A stretch of DNA of 64,000 nt, taken from contig OZ244999.1 in NCBI GenBank assembly GCA_965223265.1, forward strand, positions 4,000,001-4,064,000, read 5' to 3'. This document shows positions 10,017-17,489 of the stretch, piece after piece. The position numbers were made by a program, and so were the translations under genes. This DNA comes from Planctomycetota bacterium (GTDB taxonomy: Bacteria > Planctomycetota > UBA8108 > SXIK01). The notes beneath the pieces were generated by a model, which made no database searches, was not told the DNA's origin, and saw only the letters and a program-made list of their open reading frames with translations. Within the stretch, counting starts at the first letter, position 1. Every line of letters begins with the position of its first letter.

Positions 10017-10400
10017 GCGTTTGCGTGAGCGTTTGCGTGAGCGTGAGCGTTTGCGTGAGCGTGAGCGTGAGCGTTTGCGTTTGCGTTTGCGTTTGCGTTT
10101 GCGTTTGCGTTTGCGTTTGCGTTTGCGTTTGCGTTTGCGTTTGCGTGAGCGTTTGCGTGAGCGTTTGCGTGAGCGTTTGCGTGAGCGTTTGCGTGAGCGT
10201 TTGCGTGAGCGCTATCTGAGTCTGCCTCTGCCTCCGTCTCTGTCTCCGACTCTGCCTCCGACTCTGCCTCCGACTCTGTCTCCGACTCTGCCTCCGACTC
10301 TGTCTCCGACTCTGCCTCCGTCTCTGTCTCCGACTCTGCCTCCGTCTCTGTCTCCGACTCTGCCTCTGCCTCTGCCTCCGTCTCTGTCTCTGCCTCCGTC
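10017..10400. repeat. bipartite hexanucleotide tandem array
   Basis: 32 units of GCGTTT/GCGTGA (10017-10208), a 12-bp linker GCGCTATCTGAG, then 30 units of TCTGCC/TCCGAC/TCTGTC/TCCGTC (10221-10400), all in one 6-bp phase. Confidence 0.97.
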
Positions 10401-10452
10401 TCTTCCGTCCCCGCCCGATCATCCGGCCCGAAATCATCGTCCCTCGGCGCGC

Positions 10453-11316
10453 CTAAAGCAAGAGCCGCTGCGACACGAGCAGATGCTTAGCGATGATTTC
10501 GCCGATCAACACAAACGCCACAACGACGTACAGAATCCCTGTTGCCGACTGATTCGACTCGATCTTGACGCATCGCCAGACCAAGATCATGAGCGCGAGC
10601 GGCAGCAGCAAGCCAAAGAGAAAACGCGCGCCGATGAACAGACCGGAGCGTAGGAAAAAATCGGTCCAGCCCCCTTGGTTCAGCATCTCCGACCAGAGCG
10701 AAGCCTGCGCCGAAACGCTCGCCCCGACGAGTACAAGCCTCGCCGCGAGAACGAAAAGCAGCACTGCGGTCACGCGCCGCAGGGGCGCGAACGACAGCTT
10801 GCGGGCGACGAGATACCAATGCCCGAGAACCATCGCCAGCACGACGCCACCAAGAAGCAATGACGAACTCAGAAAACTCAGCCCGACGAGTAGCTCGACG
10901 CTCTGCAGAGCCCCAAGCGTCGTCGCGTAGGCGCGGGCATCGAGACACAATCCGAGAAGACCCACGGCAGTGGCGGCGAGGAGCGAACCGAAGGCCAAAC
11001 TGCGCTGCCACTTCGACGCGCCACCTTCGAGGCGCTCACGTCGCTCACTCCAGTCGACACCGCTCTGCCGTGGCAACGACAGGTTGTAGACGATCAACAG
11101 CCCGCCGAAGAGCAGGTAGCACCAGGGCAATCGAATGCCAGCAGCACCAACGGCGAGCGCGACGAAGACGATCGCAATCAGCGTGATCAGGAGAAAAAAC
11201 CGTCGACCGATCTGCCCGACGGGGACGAGCGGCAGAAGTGCCGGCAAACCGACAGCGAGCGCTGTGGCGAAAAGAAAAAACGTGCTGAAGGGGCTCGCCG
11301 AGGCATTGACCGGCAT
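10453..11316 (-). CDS. polytopic integral membrane protein of unknown function
   Basis: About 8 hydrophobic segments; motif-like MVLGHWYLV and SNQSATGILYV. Confidence 0.75.
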   Translation of the reverse strand: MPVNASASPFSTFFLFATALAVGLPALLPLVPVGQIGRRFFLLITLIAIVFVALAVGAAGIRLPWCYLLFGGLLIVYNLSLPRQSGVDWSERRERLEGGASKWQRSLAFGSLLAATAVGLLGLCLDARAYATTLGALQSVELLVGLSFLSSSLLLGGVVLAMVLGHWYLVARKLSFAPLRRVTAVLLFVLAARLVLVGASVSAQASLWSEMLNQGGWTDFFLRSGLFIGARFLFGLLLPLALMILVWRCVKIESNQSATGILYVVVAFVLIGEIIAKHLLVSQRLLL

Positions 11317-11371
11317 CGAGCGCGATCCTCACTCGCAAAGTCCCGTCTCCGCGACAAGCTTCCCGAGAAGC

Positions 11372-11932
11372 TCACTCGCGCTCGGGAGAATCCATGGCCG
11401 CGGCACGCGGGCCCGGAGGCTCGACCGGCAAGCTGTCGGAGTACGTCTCGCCGAGCTCATGCCACGAAACGATTTGTGGATGGCTCGCGTCCCAAACCAA
11501 GTAGATTCGCCGGCCATCGCGCTCGGAATTGAAGTAGATCAAGCCGCGCTCGCGATCACGAAGCACGCCGTCCAGCGCCAGGATCTCCTTCTCGAGCGAC
11601 TCGAGCTCACGACCTGCCTCGGCCACTTCGCGGCGCAGACGATTCGCGGTCTCCTCGATTTCAGGCGAGTTGAACTTCCGCTGAATGACGGCGAGCTCGT
11701 CGAGAAACTCACGGTTCTTCTTCAAACTCTGCTGACAGGAGAAGAAGTCGCGAACGATGCGCTGAAGGAGGGGAGCTCGCTTGAGCACTTCATCGGCGCA
11801 AAGCTTTTCCTTCAGTCGCGAGGTCATCGAATCGTCTCTGGATGTCTTGCAGTGTTTGCAATCTTTCGCCTTCGTCGTTTCGAAGGAGTCCGTCAACAGA
11901 CCCGTCCGAAAAATCGACCTGCTCAACAGCAT
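11372..11932 (-). CDS. DUF2203-like coiled-coil protein
   Basis: Coiled coil followed by GVLRDRERGLIYF...DGRRIYLVW...IVSWHEL, matching the DUF2203 pattern. True start may be 11827. Confidence 0.65.
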   Translation of the reverse strand: MLLSRSIFRTGLLTDSFETTKAKDCKHCKTSRDDSMTSRLKEKLCADEVLKRAPLLQRIVRDFFSCQQSLKKNREFLDELAVIQRKFNSPEIEETANRLRREVAEAGRELESLEKEILALDGVLRDRERGLIYFNSERDGRRIYLVWDASHPQIVSWHELGETYSDSLPVEPPGPRAAAMDSPERE

Positions 11933-12164
11933 GGACCCGAACGCGCAGAACTCGTCCCGACGGTCACTCAGGAGGTCGATTGCTATTGGCGCTGTATTGT
12001 AAGCCCGTACAGCAAGCGATGCAATGGCTTTTCATCGCGCGCGATGTGCACACGCTAACGACGTCAGCTGCGAATTATAGGCTGTCGTCGCAACCGTGCT
12101 TCACTCTATCGGAACTCACCGAAGCTCGCGTCGGCGTGCACGAACAATGACCAGGAGCGACAAT

Positions 12165-12413
12165 TCACGGCGATTTCGATTCTGTAGACGTCGATGCCCG
12201 GCTCTCTAGTTCGTCGACGCGCCGTGCCAAAACGCGGATCTGTGCCACACTCCAAATCGTAAAGAACAGAAGCAGCAGACAAGCAAGTCCGTAGGCCCAG
12301 AAGATGTAACTTTGAAAGTCAACCTGCGATGACTGCTCCGCGGCGTCGAACACCTGCGGGTTCGCCTGCGCCCACCAAGAGACAACATGCGTGAACTTTT
12401 CGAACTCGAGCAT
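12165..12413 (-). CDS. ccmD: CcmD-like small membrane protein
   Basis: YIFWAYG followed by one TM helix and a charged tail; last gene after ccmC. Confidence 0.55.
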   Translation of the reverse strand: MLEFEKFTHVVSWWAQANPQVFDAAEQSSQVDFQSYIFWAYGLACLLLLFFTIWSVAQIRVLARRVDELESRASTSTESKSP

Positions 12414-12523
12414 TGCGATCCACTTTCTTTCTGTCAGTCGGCCGACTCACTCGCCGCCCGCGTCGAGTCGCATCAAGAAGGCGCCGACAGGCCGACGCCG
12501 CCAACGTGGACACCGAGAACGCG

Positions 12524-13210
12524 CTACATTCCTGCATCGATCATGCGCACCTCGGTTCGCTCCGTCGTCATCCGGTACTTGGCGACCAGGTAACGTAGAC
12601 GCCAAAACGCACAATAAAGCACGAAAAACGCAAAAGCGCCGTACCAACGCGTCACGACCATCTCAGTGTTGCGCAGAGTGATTTCCATCGGGTGATGATC
12701 CGGACCGCCAAACCAGCGGATCGAAAAATAGACCAGCGGCACGTTGATCATCAGCAACACTCCGTAGACGGCACAGAAGTTGGCACGCTTCTCCGGTTCT
12801 TCGATCGTCGCTCGCAGCGCCAGGTAGCTCAGATAAAGGAGCCACATCACCGCGACGCTCATGAGCCGCGGGTCCGTCACCACCCAAAACGCTCCCCACG
12901 CGGCTTTGGCCCAAATGCTCCCGGTGACGAGGGTCACGGTGCAGGCGAGTACTCCGACCTCGATCGCAGCACTCCCTAGGTGATCCCAACGGGAATGTTT
13001 TCGCCAAAGATAAATCCCACTCATGACGCCGCCAAAGATGAAAAAGTTCAAGCAGTTGATCGCTGACGGAAAGTGAAAGTAAAAGATCAGATAGCTCGAT
13101 CCGATCTGACGATCTACCCCCGGGACGTAATGCCCGACGAGATAGAGAAGCGCAATCACCATCACCCACGCGATCGCAAAGTGCAGCCCAAGTCCACGTA
13201 GTGCGTTCAT
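12524..13210 (-). CDS. ccmC: heme exporter / cytochrome c biogenesis protein CcmC
   Basis: IFYFHFPSA, TGSIWAKAAWGAFWVVTDPRL (WWD domain), SIRWF...HHP. Confidence 0.9.
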   Translation of the reverse strand: MNALRGLGLHFAIAWVMVIALLYLVGHYVPGVDRQIGSSYLIFYFHFPSAINCLNFFIFGGVMSGIYLWRKHSRWDHLGSAAIEVGVLACTVTLVTGSIWAKAAWGAFWVVTDPRLMSVAVMWLLYLSYLALRATIEEPEKRANFCAVYGVLLMINVPLVYFSIRWFGGPDHHPMEITLRNTEMVVTRWYGAFAFFVLYCAFWRLRYLVAKYRMTTERTEVRMIDAGM

Positions 13211-13250
13211 GACGGTTCTCCGTTCTGACTGCAGAGTCTGAGCTTCGGCA

Positions 13251-14033
13251 TCATTCCTCGAGCACCTTCGGAAAGAGAACGTAGCCGGCGCACAGATAGA
13301 TAGCGCTGAACGCCAGAGTCACCAGCAAGAATTGAAACGGCGAAAAATCGCCGAGGATGGGCGGCCCGTCGGCGGCGAATCCGAAGAGCTGCGCGCTCAC
13401 CTCGAGCGTCAGACTAATGAGTGGAATCATGAGCACAAGAAGGAGGATTCTGAGCACGACCTCGCCGGCGCCGCGAAGCGACGTCGTCATAGCCGCCAAA
13501 ACAACGCCGGGAGCCGTGTAGGCTAGTGTGAAGCCGGCAACTGCAGGAAGCAAAACGGGCCACGCTTTCAGAAGTCTCAGGTCATTGAACAAGAAGACAT
13601 ACGCCGCGAGGAGCACCACGGTCATGGCAGAGACGTAGGTCCACGTCGCCACGACTTTGACGAGATAAAACGTACCAGGGTCAACGGGCGAGGTGACGAT
13701 AGCGCCCAGATTTTGCCCTTCGCGCTCGGCAGCGAAGCTCTGATTCAGGCCGACGGTGCCGGCAAAGAGAACCGCGATCCAGAAAAAAATCGGTCCCAAA
13801 TTATGTTTCGCCAGCTCCATCGCGATCGCTTGCTGGCGAAAGAGTTCATCGCCGGTGAGCGTCACCGGTGTGATCGCGACGACGAAATGGCGCGCAAAAA
13901 TCTCCACTCCGAGCTCACCGGTGAAGAGGATCAAGACGGCGAAGAGTGTCATGTTGAAGAGGCTCTCGCGGCGCCGCAACTCGCGCAAGAGGTCCCAGCG
14001 CAGAAGCGAAAAAAACTGGGAGACTGCGTTCAT
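13251..14033 (-). CDS. ccmB: heme exporter protein CcmB
   Basis: WDLLRELRRRE, FWIAVLFAG...SFAAERE; six TM segments; coupled to ccmA. Confidence 0.85.
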   Translation of the reverse strand: MNAVSQFFSLLRWDLLRELRRRESLFNMTLFAVLILFTGELGVEIFARHFVVAITPVTLTGDELFRQQAIAMELAKHNLGPIFFWIAVLFAGTVGLNQSFAAEREGQNLGAIVTSPVDPGTFYLVKVVATWTYVSAMTVVLLAAYVFLFNDLRLLKAWPVLLPAVAGFTLAYTAPGVVLAAMTTSLRGAGEVVLRILLLVLMIPLISLTLEVSAQLFGFAADGPPILGDFSPFQFLLVTLAFSAIYLCAGYVLFPKVLEE

Positions 14034-14770
14034 GACCCCGTCCCGTCCTTCGCTAACCGTGCGAGCTCGCGGGCGGCGGCCGGATCGCCCTGCAGATCGA
14101 GCTCGCGCGCGACTTGCCCGGCGACCAGTAGAAGGCCGCGACTTGCGAGCCGCGCTCCGATCTCCGCGTTGTGCGTCACCAGGAGCACCGTCCGGCCGGC
14201 CGCCACGTAATCTTCAATCATGCCCTCGAGCAGCTCGCGCCCCTGTGCGTCGAGACCGGAAAAAGGCTCATCGAGAATCCACAGCGAGGGTTCATGCACC
14301 AGGCTGCGGACAAGGCCGGCGCGCTTGGTCATGCCCTGCGAGTAGGTGCGCACCTGATCCCCACGTCGCCGCTCCAGGCCGAAGCGTTCGAGGAGCTCCA
14401 TCGCTCGCGAGCGTACGCTCTTCCACTGCTGGCGATAGAGCGCGCACGCGTAGCGCAGATTCTCTTCCAGCGTGAGCTCGCGGCGAAGAAAGCTTTCGTG
14501 AAACACAGCACCGAGCATGGCGCGCACACGTGCTGCATGCTTTCTGACGTCGTACCCTGCAACCTCCACGACGCCACTGCACGTCCATTGCGTCGAGACG
14601 ATGCGTAGAAGGGTGGACTTGCCAACACCGTTACCACCAAAGAGCCCAAAGCACGAAGCCGCCGGCACGTCAAACGTCACGCCGCGCAAGACCTCTCGGT
14701 GTCCGAAGCGCTTACGGACGCCGCGCAGGCGCACAGCCGGCGCCCCGACGTCGGCGGCGTCGCCGCTCAT
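14030..14770 (-). CDS. ccmA: heme ABC exporter ATP-binding protein CcmA
   Basis: Walker A GGNGVGKST, signature YSQGM, Walker B WILDEPF; lies within the ccm cluster. Confidence 0.85.
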   Translation of the reverse strand: MSGDAADVGAPAVRLRGVRKRFGHREVLRGVTFDVPAASCFGLFGGNGVGKSTLLRIVSTQWTCSGVVEVAGYDVRKHAARVRAMLGAVFHESFLRRELTLEENLRYACALYRQQWKSVRSRAMELLERFGLERRRGDQVRTYSQGMTKRAGLVRSLVHEPSLWILDEPFSGLDAQGRELLEGMIEDYVAAGRTVLLVTHNAEIGARLASRGLLLVAGQVARELDLQGDPAAARELARLAKDGTGS

Positions 14771-16581
14771 CGGTTTTTGACCTCCCGCGCCAGCGCCTCG
14801 ACCAGCTGCTCGAGAAGTCGCGCCCGTTCCTCGCCGGCGTTCGGTTGTTCGCGCAGGTCGTCGATGCGCGCGACCAGCTTTCTCGTCTCCGCCGGCAGCA
14901 GGACCGCGCCTCCTCCCGCTGCCTCCGTCACCGTCTCCGCTGCCCCCATCTCCTCGGCTGCAAGCTGCACGAGAACGTCGCGGTGATAGCGGTAGTCGCG
15001 CTCTTTGATCTTTTTCGCCTCGAACGTTTTATCAAGTTCGACGATGCGGTCGAGGATCTCCTCGCCGCTCAGGTCGCCATAGAGCACTTCCGCTGGCGGG
15101 GACTTCTTACCAAACAGAACGCCGGCAAAAATGGCACAGAGAAAGGCCAGAACGAAGCCTCCCACCCAACGCAGCGCGCCACGCGAGACCTGACCGATGG
15201 CGGCGTTGTCGACGGTGAGCTGCACCGGCACGCGCTCCCCGGCAGGAAGATCCATCGGCAGCATGAAAGTGTCGAATGACTTACTCGTGTGCACCGGCGC
15301 ACCCGACGGTGGCGGCCCGACAAACGGCTGCTCCGGCAAACGCTCCGACTTGATCGCCATATCCTCGTGGACGCAGCTCACCGCGAGACGCCCTTTCTCG
15401 AACGGAAAAGGGAAGTGAAGCAGCTGCACGAAACTCTGACGCGCTGGCACGTCGTACGTCAAGCGCCAGGCACCGTAGCTCTCCCCGAAGCTGTCGAAAA
15501 ACCCTGGAATCGGCGTATCGATGACAGCAGCTCGACCATCCGCAGAGAGCACCCAGCCACCACCGTCGAGCTGCGGGCCCGAGTTGTCGACGACGACAGC
15601 GTCCTCCGGAAGCTCGATGCGCACAATCTCACGAGCTCCTGAGGCATTCTTCTTGCCGATGTACATGGTCGGATCACGATAGCGCAGGGAAAGCTCGACG
15701 CGAATGCGGAGGGCATGCTGCTCGCCGCTTCGCGTGTAGTCGTAGACGACGTTGGCGTGCGGCACGAGAGGCTCGCTTTGGCCCGACGGACGATAGAGCA
15801 TCGACGTGATTGGCTGCAGGCCGGGGCGAAAAAACGGTGTGAACGTGCGCACGCCGTTGATCTCGGCGGTGGCGACGAACATGGTGTCCGGCGGCAGGCC
15901 GTCCAGGCCAGTGTCCAGCGCAATGCGGCCATCGCTGTCGGTCGTGACGATCCACTCGCGCAGCGGCTTGCCGCGATCGCTTGCCCCAGCGCCAACTTCG
16001 AAGAGCTCGATCTTCAGCGCTCCGCCCGCGTAGGGCACGCGGTTCTTCTCGTCCGAGAGCTCGTTCAAGTCGCCCGTCTTCGTGTACGCATCGACAACGA
16101 TTGGGTGGCTGGCCGAGGCATCGAAGAAGCGCGCCTTGAGCTCGACTCCCGCCTCTGCGCGGCTACCGGCAGCGAAAGCTAGTAGCACCCACGTCGCGGC
16201 TGCCACGAACTGCGTGCTCGAGCGCCGCTCGCGGACGAGCGCCTCGATCTGTTTTTGGTGCTTCTTCGCCACCTCGCCAACACGTGAGGAAATTTGCCGA
16301 AACCGCGAGCTGCGCAGACGATCGAGATCCTTCGAAACCTGGATAGCTTCCTTTTTGTACATGCGACGCAAGCCGTTGAACTCCTCCTCCGAAAGTGCTC
16401 CCGAGTCGCGTTCGACTTCGAGGTCCTTGATGCGCCGCAGCAATCGATCGCGCCTCTTCTTGAGGCGTGACAAGCGCCCGACACCCTGGTCGAGATCCCA
16501 CACTTCTCGCTGCCCGAGAAAGCCGTAGACGATGACCACGAGCACAGCGAGCGCTACGAGGCATGTCATCGCGATCACCAT
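14767..16581 (-). CDS. CcmI-like membrane protein with a large periplasmic domain
   Basis: N-terminal TM then LLRRIKDLEVERDSGALSEEEF...YKKEA (CcmI-type motif); a similar motif near the C-terminus (IVELDKTFEAKKIKERDY); located between ccmH and ccmA. Confidence 0.6.
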   Translation of the reverse strand: MVIAMTCLVALAVLVVIVYGFLGQREVWDLDQGVGRLSRLKKRRDRLLRRIKDLEVERDSGALSEEEFNGLRRMYKKEAIQVSKDLDRLRSSRFRQISSRVGEVAKKHQKQIEALVRERRSSTQFVAAATWVLLAFAAGSRAEAGVELKARFFDASASHPIVVDAYTKTGDLNELSDEKNRVPYAGGALKIELFEVGAGASDRGKPLREWIVTTDSDGRIALDTGLDGLPPDTMFVATAEINGVRTFTPFFRPGLQPITSMLYRPSGQSEPLVPHANVVYDYTRSGEQHALRIRVELSLRYRDPTMYIGKKNASGAREIVRIELPEDAVVVDNSGPQLDGGGWVLSADGRAAVIDTPIPGFFDSFGESYGAWRLTYDVPARQSFVQLLHFPFPFEKGRLAVSCVHEDMAIKSERLPEQPFVGPPPSGAPVHTSKSFDTFMLPMDLPAGERVPVQLTVDNAAIGQVSRGALRWVGGFVLAFLCAIFAGVLFGKKSPPAEVLYGDLSGEEILDRIVELDKTFEAKKIKERDYRYHRDVLVQLAAEEMGAAETVTEAAGGGAVLLPAETRKLVARIDDLREQPNAGEERARLLEQLVEALAREVKNR

Positions 16582-17486
16582 CAGTCTTCCATCTCCTTGA
16601 GCTTGCGTTCGATCTCATCGTCCCACGCCTCGTCACCTGCAGCGCCCCGCCCTGTGCGCATACTCGACGCCTGCAGTTCCCGTCCGCCCCCTGGCCGCTT
16701 CGCACGCTGCAGAAATGCGAGCAGAACAAACGTCGCAATGATCAGAAACAGGGCCGGAAGTGCATAGGAGAGGAGGTTGAAACTTTCCGGCTTGAGATAG
16801 CCGCGCACCTTCTCGCTCCCCTTGTCGTGCGCCACCATGCGCTCGACGATCTCAGCGTTCGTGAGCCCCGCCGTGAGCCAATCTTCGATCAGGTGTTTCT
16901 GCTCTTCGGCGCAGCCGTCAGGGCAACCACTCAGCGTCCGCGTGAAATTCTCCTTCGGGCACCAGCACATGAGTGAGCCCCAAAGCGCGCCACGGCGCAT
17001 GGCGCGGTGCTCCTCGAAGGTCGCATCGAAGAATTCGCCCAGCCGCTCTTTCGCCTCGGGCGTCGTCCCGGTCTCGACGAGTGCTGCACGCAGACGCTTG
17101 AACGCCGCCTCGATCGCCACGCCGCGCTCGGGAGCTTCATCGGAAACGACCGCCGCAGCAAGTCGCGACTCGATGTCGCGGGCCACTGCACGCAGCAAAC
17201 TCGCGAGTGACCGCAGTCCGCTGCCGGCTTCAAGTTGGCTGCGGTGACGAGTGACGAACGGCGTGATCACAGGCGACTCGAGCTCACTCGCGAACGCCTC
17301 GCCCCTGGCTCTTGCCTCGGGCGACACATGCCGTGGAGCCACGGGGGCATGCGCATGGTCGTGGTGCGCGTGCGGATCTTCCTGCGCAGCCAGCGGCACC
17401 GCCGCCGCGAGCAGAAGCACGACGAACGCGTCAAGAAGTCGGTCGCACCGTCGCTCTCTCATTCTCTTCACACGTCGTTTTCTCAC
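16581..17486 (-). CDS. ccmH: CcmH-like cytochrome c biogenesis protein
   Basis: LMCWC...LSGCPDGC...IEDWLTAGLTNAEIVERMV followed by a TM helix; directly follows ccmF. Confidence 0.65.
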   Translation of the reverse strand: MRKRRVKRMRERRCDRLLDAFVVLLLAAAVPLAAQEDPHAHHDHAHAPVAPRHVSPEARARGEAFASELESPVITPFVTRHRSQLEAGSGLRSLASLLRAVARDIESRLAAAVVSDEAPERGVAIEAAFKRLRAALVETGTTPEAKERLGEFFDATFEEHRAMRRGALWGSLMCWCPKENFTRTLSGCPDGCAEEQKHLIEDWLTAGLTNAEIVERMVAHDKGSEKVRGYLKPESFNLLSYALPALFLIIATFVLLAFLQRAKRPGGGRELQASSMRTGRGAAGDEAWDDEIERKLKEMED

Positions 17487-17489
17487 GTT

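Noticed and set aside
10017-10400. Possible CRISPR array
   Set aside because: Contiguous hexamers with no unique spacers, and no cas genes in the window.
9853-10653. Plus-strand ORFs encoding RLRE/LPPS or CVSV repeats
   Set aside because: By-products of the stop-poor repeat; antisense to the operon, and the longer one overlaps a real membrane-protein gene.
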